Part shown: positions 27,332 through 36,352 of the stretch, one piece after another
Position numbering within the stretch: position 1 is the stretch's first letter
How the letters are laid out: each line of letters opens with the position of its first letter
Assembly (NCBI GenBank): GCA_021735185.1
Contig: JAIPHN010000001.1
Span: 1 to 49,012 of the forward strand
Direction of reading: 5' to 3'
Source of the DNA: Candidatus Bipolaricaulota bacterium
GTDB lineage: Bacteria; Bipolaricaulota; Bipolaricaulia; M55B111
DNA: 49,012 bases
Program-made: the position numbers and the translations under genes
The notes under the pieces: generated by a model
What the model saw: the letters and a program-made list of their open reading frames with translations, nothing else
Told to the model about the DNA's origin: nothing
Database searches by the model: none

Positions 27332-28198
27332 ATGAATTTAAACGAGAAAAAAGACGTCTCGCGCGATGTTAAATACCCACGAAGATGGGCCACCCCCCAT
27401 CTTCTTGTTGGCAGTGGAATAATCCTGGTGATTCTGTCAGGGTTTGTATTAAGCTATTTATATACCCCGTATGAGCCTTACAAAATGAATATCGGGCACA
27501 GGCTCCTACCTCCCTCTATTGACCACTTGTTTGGGACTGACCAATACGGGAGAGATATTTTAAGCCGTGTGTTAATCGGTTCCAGGGCCAGCTTCGCCGT
27601 CGGCTTTGCTGCTGTAGGAATAGGAATTGGTTTCGGCGTCTCGGCCGGTAGTATTGCCGCTTACTTTGGAAGCTGGTTGGATTCCACGACAATGAGAGTA
27701 ATAGACATACTCTACGGCTTCCCTCCGGTTATAACCGCAGTTATCATAACCACGATTTCCGGACCGGGCCTGCTAAATTCGATGTTGGCCATCGGGCTTT
27801 TTAATATTCCGATATTTGCCAGGATTACCAGGGGGAACTTTCTCTCCTTGAAAGAAAGGCAATTCGTCGAGGCAGCAAGGGCCTCTGGCATGTCCAGTTT
27901 TTCGATTATCACTCATCATATCGTTCCCAATTTGAGCTCTCCAATTATAGTTCAAGCAACAACACAATTTGCCCTGGCTATTCTTGCGGAGGCCGCCCTC
28001 AGCTATCTGGGTCTCGGAATACAACCCCCACATCCATCCTGGGGGTTGATGCTAAAACAGGCTCAGTCCTTCATGGGGCTATCTCCCTGGCCCGCGATAT
28101 TTCCCGGACTGGCGATCGTATTAACAGTACTCGGATTTAACCTGACCGGTGACGGGTTGCGTGATCTTCTGGATCCACGAAAGGTCGATAACCCCTAA
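27332..28198 (+). CDS. ABC peptide-type transporter permease (DppC/OppC-like)
   Basis: HLFGTDQYGRDILSRV motif and EAA loop (FVEAARASGMS). It starts 2 nt after the preceding gene. Confidence 0.9.
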   Translation: MNLNEKKDVSRDVKYPRRWATPHLLVGSGIILVILSGFVLSYLYTPYEPYKMNIGHRLLPPSIDHLFGTDQYGRDILSRVLIGSRASFAVGFAAVGIGIGFGVSAGSIAAYFGSWLDSTTMRVIDILYGFPPVITAVIITTISGPGLLNSMLAIGLFNIPIFARITRGNFLSLKERQFVEAARASGMSSFSIITHHIVPNLSSPIIVQATTQFALAILAEAALSYLGLGIQPPHPSWGLMLKQAQSFMGLSPWPAIFPGLAIVLTVLGFNLTGDGLRDLLDPRKVDNP

Positions 28199-28317
28199 AT
28201 CCCGTTTTTACTGGACCTCAACCGGCAACTTCATGACCCCACACCCGGTTCTCGACAAGTCTGGTAAGGAAACTGCTTCCTTGTACTTACAACAAAGCTT
28301 GACTAGACTTTTAAGCT

Positions 28318-29073
28318 ATGGATATTAACTTTGAAGAAATCGGCGAAATCTTAAAGGAAGAAGAAAATTTGGTGAAGCCGGACAATCCGGGGAGAATTGT
28401 TTTTGTCGGCGATACCCACGGGGATCTCCAGGCCTCCAGAAGGGTTTTCTCGAATTATTTTGATGATCGGACGACACTGGTATTCCTGGGGGATTACGTT
28501 GACAGGGGGCCGAAGTCCGAGGAAAACGTTAATTTTCTGCTCAATCACAAGCTAAAAGACCCGGACAGAGTTGTCCTCCTTCAGGGAAATCACGAGGGGA
28601 TGAAGTTCAAGGATTTTGGACCGGTGGATTTCTGGAACTCACTCCGACCAGAGAAACGGAAATTGTACAGTAATTTGCTTTCCCAATTACCACTGGCACT
28701 AACCTGGAACGGAATAATTGCAACTCATGGAGGATTACCCGATCTCAGAGAAGAGGATGAGATAAACGAGATCGATGGAGGAGGCCCTAACTGGGGAAAG
28801 ATAACCTGGGGGGACCTCAATGAAGTAGAAGGTTATATTCTGGGCGGCGGTTTCGGACGTCCCCAGCTCGGGTCGGACTACTTTGATCAGGCAATGGAGA
28901 GTTTTGAGAAGAACGTGCTTGTCCGTTCCCATCAGCCAAACGTTCCGACCTTCATGTTCGACAAACGCTGCATTACGATCTTTACCTCATCAGCCTATGG
29001 AGCTACAAGAAGGGTAGCTATAGCCGAGGGAAAGGTTGATAGCGGCGATGACCTATCAATTGAAGAAATCTGA
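28318..29073 (+). CDS. PPP-family metallophosphoesterase (Ser/Thr phosphatase-like)
   Basis: GDTHGD, GDYVDRG and GNHE motifs in canonical order. Confidence 0.8.
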   Translation: MDINFEEIGEILKEEENLVKPDNPGRIVFVGDTHGDLQASRRVFSNYFDDRTTLVFLGDYVDRGPKSEENVNFLLNHKLKDPDRVVLLQGNHEGMKFKDFGPVDFWNSLRPEKRKLYSNLLSQLPLALTWNGIIATHGGLPDLREEDEINEIDGGGPNWGKITWGDLNEVEGYILGGGFGRPQLGSDYFDQAMESFEKNVLVRSHQPNVPTFMFDKRCITIFTSSAYGATRRVAIAEGKVDSGDDLSIEEI

Positions 29074-29194
29074 ACGAACCAATTCATATCTGGCTCAAGT
29101 ATAAGCAAATCGGAACAAATTGAACCCTGCGGAGATCCCGAACGGAAGATGAACTTTCGAAATACGCTTTTCTACCCCGAAGAGGAGGGGTAAA

Positions 29195-30265
29195 ATGGGC
29201 TTTAGCTGTGGTTTTCTTGGACTACCTAATGTCGGCAAATCAACCCTTTTCAACGCGCTTTCCGCGGCGGGTGCCGAGGTAGAGGGGTATCCATTTTGTA
29301 CTACGGAGGCCCAGGTAGGCACGGTCAAGGTGCCTGACGAGCAACTTGAAGGGCTGGCAGAATTATTTCCGGAGAAGGAAAAAATCAATACCGAAATAGA
29401 ATTCTACGACCTGGCTGGATTGGTCGAAGGAGCACATCATGGAGAGGGGCTCGGGAATAAGTTTCTCTCGGAAATACGGGGAGTCGATGCGCTAATTCAC
29501 GTGGTTCGTTGTTTTGAAAACTCCGACGTACCGTTTGGAGAAGCCACAAGAGATCCGGTCAAGAACCTTGAAACCATTAAGTCAGAACTGCTGTTAAAGG
29601 ACCTGGAAACCATAGAGAACCGCCTGGATAGCCTTGAGCAGGAAGAGGAGCAACTGAAAGATTTATACGAGAAGTTAAAGGAAGATCTGGAGAAGGGGAT
29701 TCCAATACGGGATCACGAATTGAGTCCCCGCGAAAACCGTGATCTAAAAAGCATATCCCCCCTCACTGCGAAACCTCTGCTTTACGTGGTAAACGTCAGC
29801 GAAGATTCCCCTCGTGAATGTATCGAAGCCGTGAAAAAGCGGGCCAGGAAGAATGAAGCCGAGGTAATGGAGATTAACGCCGAAATAGAGGCAGAGGTGA
29901 GGGAGCTTGGCCTGAATAAAGAAGAAAGAGAGGAGTACCTTGAGGAGTGGGGTCTGGAAGAAACCGCTCTGGACAGACTCATCAGAGCCGGTTATGATCT
30001 ACTCAACTTAGTGACTTTTTATACGACCGACGGTCCTGAGGTCCGTGCCTGGACGGTTCCCGAGGGCTCTACCGCTCTGGATGCGGCGGGAAAGATTCAC
30101 TCCGACTTTGCGGAAAGCTTTATTTACGCGGAAGTAGTCTCTATAGATGAACTACTATCTCACGGAGACATAAAAGGGGCAAGACAGGACGGAATACTCA
30201 ACCGACGGGGCGAGGATTACGAAATACAGAATGGAGACGTAGTACACTTTGTGAGTTCAAAATAG
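29195..30265 (+). CDS. ychF: Ribosome-binding ATPase YchF
   Basis: G1 GLPNVGKSTLFNAL, a coiled-coil insertion, and a C-terminal TGS-like region (DFAESFIYAEVV). GAGGAGGGG lies ahead of the ATG. Confidence 0.93.
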   Translation: MGFSCGFLGLPNVGKSTLFNALSAAGAEVEGYPFCTTEAQVGTVKVPDEQLEGLAELFPEKEKINTEIEFYDLAGLVEGAHHGEGLGNKFLSEIRGVDALIHVVRCFENSDVPFGEATRDPVKNLETIKSELLLKDLETIENRLDSLEQEEEQLKDLYEKLKEDLEKGIPIRDHELSPRENRDLKSISPLTAKPLLYVVNVSEDSPRECIEAVKKRARKNEAEVMEINAEIEAEVRELGLNKEEREEYLEEWGLEETALDRLIRAGYDLLNLVTFYTTDGPEVRAWTVPEGSTALDAAGKIHSDFAESFIYAEVVSIDELLSHGDIKGARQDGILNRRGEDYEIQNGDVVHFVSSK

Positions 30266-30289
30266 AGATGCACTGGTCCTGCAAGCAGG

Positions 30290-30916
30290 GTGACGTCTAA
30301 AACTTTATCAAAGGTGATAATTGTGTCTGATATGAAAAACGAGTCAGATATGGACGAAGTATTCACAGAAGAAACGTTGATGGTTTTCCCAACGGATACA
30401 GTTTACGGTCTGGGAGGTAACGGAAAAGAGAGTTCCGTTGTTTCGCGAATTTATCGGGTAAAACAACGCAGTACGGAAAAACCCCTTTCCCTGCACCTGT
30501 TTTCAAAAAAGGAAATAGATCAGTACGTTACGGATCTTTCGGATAGACAGCGAGACCTAATAGATAGATTGCTCCCGGGTCCGTATACAGTTATATTGCC
30601 CGCGAATTCTAACGCCCCTGAAGTATCCGTGAGCAGAGAGAAAAAAGTCGGTATCAGGGTACCTGATAGCGCTTCCTTTCAGGCACTTGGGGATAAGATT
30701 AACTACCCTCTAGTAGGCTCAAGTGTTAATAAATCAGGTAACCCCCCAATGACTGACTTCGACAGGATCGTCAGAGAATTCGGGGGTATCGTGGACCTAT
30801 TCATCGAGTCAGACGAGGAAGAAGAGATAAGTGGCGAGTCTTCTATCGTGCTGGACCTTACCTTCGATCCACCAAAGGTCCTCCGTGGAGACTTTTCTCT
30901 GAAGGAGCTAAAGTAA
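30290..30916 (+). CDS. tsaC: L-threonylcarbamoyladenylate synthase (YrdC/TsaC domain)
   Basis: FPTDTVYGLGG and the KPLSLH segment. The start is uncertain: GTG 30290, or GTG 30323 preceded by AAGGTGA, or downstream ATGs. Confidence 0.78.
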   Translation: MTSKTLSKVIIVSDMKNESDMDEVFTEETLMVFPTDTVYGLGGNGKESSVVSRIYRVKQRSTEKPLSLHLFSKKEIDQYVTDLSDRQRDLIDRLLPGPYTVILPANSNAPEVSVSREKKVGIRVPDSASFQALGDKINYPLVGSSVNKSGNPPMTDFDRIVREFGGIVDLFIESDEEEEISGESSIVLDLTFDPPKVLRGDFSLKELK

Positions 30917-30983
30917 TACAGTGAAAATTGTCGTCCATGGAGGAGCCGGTTTTAACCAGAAAGGATTAACTCGAATAATTCAA

Positions 30984-31016
30984 AAAGCCCCGCAGGTGAT
31001 CGCGGGGCTTTCTTCG
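30984..31016. terminator. Bidirectional intrinsic terminator between convergent tsaC-like and tpiA genes
   Basis: 10-bp perfect stem AAAGCCCCGC (30984..30993) / GCGGGGCTTT (31002..31011). A T-run follows on the minus strand (TTTTTG) and a T-rich tail on the plus strand. Confidence 0.55.
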
Positions 31017-31088
31017 TGATTTTAATTTTTTGTAAATCCAACCGGAGAGATCAAAAGAGCTAAAGGGATCAGCCCAACTAAAGTCCTA

Positions 31089-31850
31089 TTATAACTCCTC
31101 AGTTATTGTAATTATATCGGCAAAGGACTCTGGGTCGAGGGAAGCGCTGCCGACGAGCCCGCCATCTATATCCGGCTGACTCATAAGTACTTCGGCATTG
31201 TGCGGTTTTATGCTACCACCGTACTGTAACCTTACGTTCTCGCCCGCCTCGTTCCCAACTATTTTCTTTACCTGGTCTCTGGCGAATTTGCAACCTGCCT
31301 GAGCATCTTCAGGGGAAGCAGATTCACCTGTTCCAATCGCCCAGATCGGTTCGTAAGCAATGACCATTTTTCCTGCCTGATGGGAAGTTACTCCGTCCAG
31401 GTCATTTTTAAGCTGGCTTTTGAGTACCGATTCCGTCTCCCCGCTGGCCCGCTGCTTTTCAGTCTCTCCAATACAGAGAATTGGCTTCATTCCATGTTCA
31501 AATACGGCATGGATTTTTTTATTAATCGTCCGGTCCTCTTCCCCAAATATCTGACGTCTCTCTGAATGTCCGACGATAACGTAGTCCGTTCCGAGTTCGG
31601 AGAGCATTTCCGGTGAAACTTCGCCCGTAAAAGCTCCCTCGTCCTCGAAATATACGTTTTGGGCACATAGCTTTATTCCAGTCCCCTCTATTCCGTCACT
31701 AACTGTACCGAGCGACGTAAAGGTAGGACCGAGACCGATCTCTACATCGGATACGTACTTCACTTTTTCTCTAAAACTATTGAGAAATTCCCTAGCTTCT
31801 TCTTTTGTCTTATGGAGCTTCCAGTTAGATGCTATAAAAGGCTTTCGCAA
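31089..31850 (-). CDS. tpiA: Triosephosphate isomerase
   Basis: ASNWKLHK, VGHSERR and AYEPIWAIGTG. The TTG start is preceded by AGGGGG. Confidence 0.93.
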   Translation of the reverse strand: MRKPFIASNWKLHKTKEEAREFLNSFREKVKYVSDVEIGLGPTFTSLGTVSDGIEGTGIKLCAQNVYFEDEGAFTGEVSPEMLSELGTDYVIVGHSERRQIFGEEDRTINKKIHAVFEHGMKPILCIGETEKQRASGETESVLKSQLKNDLDGVTSHQAGKMVIAYEPIWAIGTGESASPEDAQAGCKFARDQVKKIVGNEAGENVRLQYGGSIKPHNAEVLMSQPDIDGGLVGSASLDPESFADIITITEEL

Positions 31851-31954
31851 GTTATTTACCCCCTATTATGTTTAACAGATCGAATTCAACTAAAAGAACC
31901 CATTTGCGTAAAGCACAATAATCCTAAGGGGTAAAGTAGTTAACGACAACGCCG

Positions 31955-31978
31955 AGGGGGAGGGGTACCCCTCCCCCT
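31955..31978 (-). terminator. 24-nt perfect GC-rich palindrome downstream of the FN3-repeat gene (possible terminator hairpin)
   Basis: AGGGGGAGGGGTACCCCTCCCCCT, read directly. No clear U-tract follows on the minus strand, so function is uncertain. Confidence 0.35.
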
Positions 31979-32044
31979 TATAAATCTATAGATAATTTTA
32001 TCCTGAAAACTAATTATAAGTGTAGTTCTCCAGCAACTTTGGCT

Positions 32045-34036
32045 CTAGCCCATTTCCGAGTAAATATACCCCATGACCATCACCACGACTCCAATACCTG
32101 CAAGTAGTTCACGCTGGCCAATGTTAAATTGCCCCTGATTCGAATCAGTCGTCTCTTTTTCCGCCATTTCCGCTGCTGGGGTTTTTACGTTACCCGTTCC
32201 TGCCAGACCGGATTCACCCGAGTCATTATAGGCCGCAATCTCATATGAATAAGAGGAGTTTGGATTCAATCCAGTATCGAGGTAACCAGTTGTGTTCGGT
32301 CCCAGGGTCGCAATTTCGGTGCCGTTACGGTATATACGGAAACCGTCCTCGTTATCGGACCAATCCTTCCAGCTTAACTTGATCTCGCTGCTTGAAAGTG
32401 GTGTAGCCTGAACGTTTCTTGGAACGCCAGGTATGGACTTCAACGTCATCGAACAGTTACGATTCGTCGTACCGGACTCACCGCTGCTATTATATGCCAC
32501 TACCTGGTAACAATAGCGGGTTTCACCACTCAGACCTTTATGAATATAACTACCTGTGTTGGCCCCTACTGTCGCTACCGTATTACCGTTCCTGTATATT
32601 CTGAAACCGTCTTCGTTACTCGAATTGTCATTCCAGGTTAGTTTTATCCGCGAGGGAGAAAGAGTCTCCGTCTTTAATTGCCCCGGAGAACTCGGGACCT
32701 CTACCGGTGTAGTTAATTCCAAACCGGAAGAAAATGAGGATTCCCCTGCTTTATTATACGAAGAAATCTTGTACGTATAGCTAGTATCTTCGTTCAACCC
32801 GGTATCTACGTAGCTTGTAGTATTTGGACCAAGTTCGGCAATTTTTTTACCGTTCCGGTATATTCTGAAACCGTCTTCGTTGTCCGAATTGTCGTTCCAG
32901 GTTAGTCTTATCCTTGTCGGGGAAAGTATTTTAGAGGAGATGTTCCCTGGGGCAACCGAAACCTGTACCGGGGTCGACACGGTAAGTCCGTCAGTCAGAG
33001 GTGACTCCTTTCCATCGTTATAAGAAGAAACTCTATAAGTATATTCCGTATTGCTTGCAAGTCCGGTGTCAGTGAACGAGGTGGTGTTAGCACTTACCGT
33101 AGCTATTTCGCTTCCGTTCCGGTAAATCCTGAAGCCGGCTTCGTTATCAGAATTATCTTCCCAGGTTAATCTTATCTTGGATGGAGATAAAATTCTGGAA
33201 GACAGAGCTCCGGGAGTCTCAGATGCCCTTATACTGGTTGTAACACTCTGAGTGCTGGATAACCGCGATTCCCCGCTATTATTGAAAGAAGCTATTTGAT
33301 AATTGTAATTCTTTCCCCCTTCCAGCCCGCTATCCACGAAGGAAGTAACGTTAGCTCCCACCGTGGCTATTTCCGTTCCGTTTCTATAGACCCTGAAACC
33401 GTCTTCGTCGTCAGAATTGTCATTCCAGGTTAACCTGACCTCGGTGGAGGAAAGAACCTGAGTTCCAAGATTACCAGGGGAATTGGGTGTCTGTAAATCC
33501 CCAACCATTTCTTCGTCTCCGCCCCCTTCCGGCTGCTGGACCTCTCCAGTACCTCCCGTCCTGTTAATCCGGAAATAAACGCGATAATTTTTACAGCAGC
33601 TCAAAGTGATTCTAATGTAAAACCTTCCTGCCCCCACCTGTTTTCCTTCAGTATTTGTCTGATCCCAGGCCCAAACCCATTTTTCTCTGTCTCTTTCTAT
33701 CGGTCCTACGTCTTTCGCAACGTAAAATAGCTGGTACTCGTGTTCGAACATGGGTTTAAAGTGGACCTCGACCTTCTCGACAAAGTACTCGAAATCCTTC
33801 AAATCAGAGAGAGTTAGCTTTACTTCCTCGCCTAACCCGTATTCCTCTTTATCGGTATCAAGCGTTTCGTATCTCTCCGGACAATAACTCTTTTCTTCTG
33901 CTTCCCAGACCGGGCAACCATTGCGATAAGTATATTCTGGATTTCGACCTTCCGTCTGAGAAAGGGGAGCCACAGTTACTAATAAGCCGATTAATAAAGC
34001 TGCGACAACCAGTGCAGAACTCCAGTATCGGCGCAT
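32045..34036 (-). CDS. Cell-surface protein: signal peptide, ~150-aa Cys-containing N-terminal domain, five tandem fibronectin type III repeats, C-terminal TM anchor
   Basis: 663 aa. There are five ~88-aa repeats, each with L(T/S)W.DNSDNEDGFRIYRNG...Y.Y.(V/I).(A/S)YN..GES. The C-terminus is LLAGIGVVVMVMGYIY. Confidence 0.8.
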   Translation of the reverse strand: MRRYWSSALVVAALLIGLLVTVAPLSQTEGRNPEYTYRNGCPVWEAEEKSYCPERYETLDTDKEEYGLGEEVKLTLSDLKDFEYFVEKVEVHFKPMFEHEYQLFYVAKDVGPIERDREKWVWAWDQTNTEGKQVGAGRFYIRITLSCCKNYRVYFRINRTGGTGEVQQPEGGGDEEMVGDLQTPNSPGNLGTQVLSSTEVRLTWNDNSDDEDGFRVYRNGTEIATVGANVTSFVDSGLEGGKNYNYQIASFNNSGESRLSSTQSVTTSIRASETPGALSSRILSPSKIRLTWEDNSDNEAGFRIYRNGSEIATVSANTTSFTDTGLASNTEYTYRVSSYNDGKESPLTDGLTVSTPVQVSVAPGNISSKILSPTRIRLTWNDNSDNEDGFRIYRNGKKIAELGPNTTSYVDTGLNEDTSYTYKISSYNKAGESSFSSGLELTTPVEVPSSPGQLKTETLSPSRIKLTWNDNSSNEDGFRIYRNGNTVATVGANTGSYIHKGLSGETRYCYQVVAYNSSGESGTTNRNCSMTLKSIPGVPRNVQATPLSSSEIKLSWKDWSDNEDGFRIYRNGTEIATLGPNTTGYLDTGLNPNSSYSYEIAAYNDSGESGLAGTGNVKTPAAEMAEKETTDSNQGQFNIGQRELLAGIGVVVMVMGYIYSEMG
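32165..33487 (-). repeat. Five tandem ~264-bp coding repeats (the FN3 modules)
   Basis: The periodicity is visible at DNA level (recurring ccgttccggtatattctgaaaccgtcttcgtt.. blocks) and at protein level (aa ~184-624). Confidence 0.8.
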
Positions 34037-34482
34037 TCTGCCACCTCCTAAAGGAAACTTACTAATTTATCTAACTTTGCAGTCGGATCTAAAAAATTAA
34101 ATTTAAGTTGTCCAACTCTCTTAAGTGCGACCAACTTCTAACCCAAAGAGCAAACACAACCTCAGGCGACACTCACCAGGTTAATAAAAATACTCTTTAA
34201 CGTTTCATCAGGACTCAAATGACTCCCGGTGTTGTTAAAAAAGCTTAATTCCTCCTAACAAAGGAATCCAGCACGGGCTTCACCTGGTTCTTTCCGATCT
34301 CACTCGTTACAATCGGACATTCTTCCCCTTGAACGCTACCATCTGGAAAAATGATACTCATTACTCGGTTTCAACTGGACAGGTCAATCGTTCCAGTGCT
34401 TGTTAGTGGCAAAGTAACTCCTTTCACCTTAAAATACTGTCATGTAAGGGAAAAACAGTATTAACTGTAGTGAGGTATAGCT

Positions 34483-34866
34483 ATGAGCGAAGACAAAAGG
34501 CTGATTCAACTCGCACTCGAATCCAGAGATAAGGCTTATGCCCCTTATTCAGAATTCCCGGTCGGGGCTGCTTTACTGACAGAGGAGGGCGAAACGTACA
34601 CGGGGGTAAACGTCGAGAACGGTGTCAACGACCTCTCGATATGCGCCGAGAGAGTTGCTCTGTTTAAAGCTATTTCCGAGGGGGAGAGAAAATTCACAAA
34701 GCTCGCAGTCGTCTGCGAGGGGGAATACTGCCAGCCCTGTGGGGCCTGCAGGCAGACGTTATTCGAACACGCACCAAATTTGACTGTTTTGATGGGGAAC
34801 CTGAAGGAGGAATACAGAACCGTTCAGCTCGCGGAACTTCTCCCGGAAGCCTTTCAGCTGGAATAA
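34483..34866 (+). CDS. cdd: Cytidine deaminase
   Basis: 127 aa with zinc motifs CAERVALFKA and PCGACRQ. Confidence 0.92.
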   Translation: MSEDKRLIQLALESRDKAYAPYSEFPVGAALLTEEGETYTGVNVENGVNDLSICAERVALFKAISEGERKFTKLAVVCEGEYCQPCGACRQTLFEHAPNLTVLMGNLKEEYRTVQLAELLPEAFQLE

Positions 34867-34965
34867 CTGCTTGCTCTGCTATGACCGATCCAGCAGAACT
34901 TTATATTTGATTGACCTTTCTTATCAGAGAAAAGAGAAAAAGATGTTAACCGGTATAGCCGAAAA

Positions 34966-35172
34966 CTAATCTTCATCCTGGCTCTGGTCGACAACCTCCC
35001 CGCAATGCGGACAATAGAACGGCTGATCCTGGTAAACTTCACCGCAATGCGGGCATTTATGGTGTTTCTCCGAGTGTTCCAGCCAGAACTTCATGTACAA
35101 AAACCTGGCAAGGAAAAACAGCAAAACCCCAACTAATACTATACCAAGTATCAATCCAATTACCCCGATCAT
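34966..35172 (-). CDS. Small membrane-anchored zinc-ribbon protein
   Basis: 68 aa with an N-terminal TM helix and two CPHCGEV motifs (CxxC x2). ATG at 35172. Confidence 0.5.
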   Translation of the reverse strand: MIGVIGLILGIVLVGVLLFFLARFLYMKFWLEHSEKHHKCPHCGEVYQDQPFYCPHCGEVVDQSQDED

Positions 35173-35315
35173 TTAAATTTGAATCTTTTTTCGTCTCATT
35201 TTGAGTATAACTAATTTACCCCAGGTTACCAGGCTTTTCCTCGTATAAATTGATTAAAATTACCCTGTAACATATACTTCATCATGAAATCAACCCTTTG
35301 CTGGAGGAGATCAAA

Positions 35316-35846
35316 ATGGAACTACAATTGAGCGAACTAAAGAACAATGAAGGGCAGTTAATCTCGATCGACGAGAGTGGCTCTCTGGATACGATAAGTT
35401 TTCACGATGACGAACTGGAAGTCAGGGAAGATCTAAGAATCACCGGGGGAGCAATATTTACCTCGGAAGAAGTAATTGACGTTTCCCTGGATTTTTCCAC
35501 AACCGTCATCGAACACTGTCGCAGGTGCCTCGAACCGATCGAGACAGATATAGACAGGCACGAGGAGATCGAATTTCGGCCCGATATGGATGCGGAGGTA
35601 ACAAGCGAAGGCAACTTATCGATATACAAATACGAAAGCGGAAGCGGGGCGATAGACCTTTTGCCATATATAATCAGATTTATCAAGCTGGATCTGGATC
35701 CTTACCCATTATGCAAGGATGACTGCCAGGGGCTCTGTCCAAAATGTGGAGCCAATCTGAACGAGGAAGAAGATCATTCCTGTGAAACGGAAGAGGAAGG
35801 TGAAGCCAAGGATCCAAGAATGGAAAAACTGGCTGAATTATTGTGA
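35316..35846 (+). CDS. yceD: YceD/DUF177 family protein
   Basis: CRRCLEP ... CKDDCQGLCPKCGANLN cysteine pattern of DUF177. I prefer ATG 35316, preceded by GGAGGAG, over the TTG at 35298. Confidence 0.8.
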   Translation: MELQLSELKNNEGQLISIDESGSLDTISFHDDELEVREDLRITGGAIFTSEEVIDVSLDFSTTVIEHCRRCLEPIETDIDRHEEIEFRPDMDAEVTSEGNLSIYKYESGSGAIDLLPYIIRFIKLDLDPYPLCKDDCQGLCPKCGANLNEEEDHSCETEEEGEAKDPRMEKLAELL

Positions 35847-36352
35847 GTGAGTCGGAAATCATCCTTGGAATCGATCCTGGTCTGGCAACTTGCGGTTACG
35901 CTGCAGTAGAGGCTACGGGGAGAAGATCTTTTCAGCTAATTGAAAGTGGGGCAATTCGCACGAGCTCCGACGAACCGATAAATGCCAGGCTGAAGGCGAT
36001 CCACGATTCTGTCCACGGGTTAATCTGCGACCATCAGGCGGAAACGGTTGCAATAGAAAAGATATTTTTTAGCAACAACCAGAAGACCGCCATCCTCGTC
36101 GCTCAGGCCCGGGGAGTCATTCTTCTGGCTGCGTCGGACAGGCAGGTGGAAAGCTATTCGCCTCTTGAGATAAAGAAGACGATAACGGGTTACGGTAAAG
36201 CAAATAAAAAACAGGTCCAGACAATGGTCCAACGATTGCTGGGTTTAAACGAGCTCCCTTCACCGGCCGATGCGGCTGACGCAATCGGAGTTTCTCTGTG
36301 CTGTGGCATGGAAACTAAATCCGCTCTGAAAGAACAATGGGAGTCACAATGA
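35843..36352 (+). CDS. ruvC: Crossover junction endodeoxyribonuclease RuvC
   Basis: ILGIDPGLATCGYA (catalytic Asp), AIEKIFF (Glu) and the PADAADAIGV region. The GTG start overlaps the yceD stop (GTGA). Confidence 0.92.
   Translation: MSESEIILGIDPGLATCGYAAVEATGRRSFQLIESGAIRTSSDEPINARLKAIHDSVHGLICDHQAETVAIEKIFFSNNQKTAILVAQARGVILLAASDRQVESYSPLEIKKTITGYGKANKKQVQTMVQRLLGLNELPSPADAADAIGVSLCCGMETKSALKEQWESQ

Noticed and set aside
30921-31019. 32-aa GTG ORF (VKIVVHGGAGFNQKG...) whose start resembles the N-terminus of isoaspartyl peptidase/asparaginase (HGGAG)
   Set aside because: It is too short, it runs straight through the terminator hairpin, and the similarity is a single short motif. At most it is a tiny gene remnant.
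32165-33487. Regularly spaced DNA repeats that could be mistaken for a CRISPR array or satellite
   Set aside because: The period is about 264 bp. The repeats lie in frame within one long ORF and encode FN3 modules, so this is not a repeat-spacer array.
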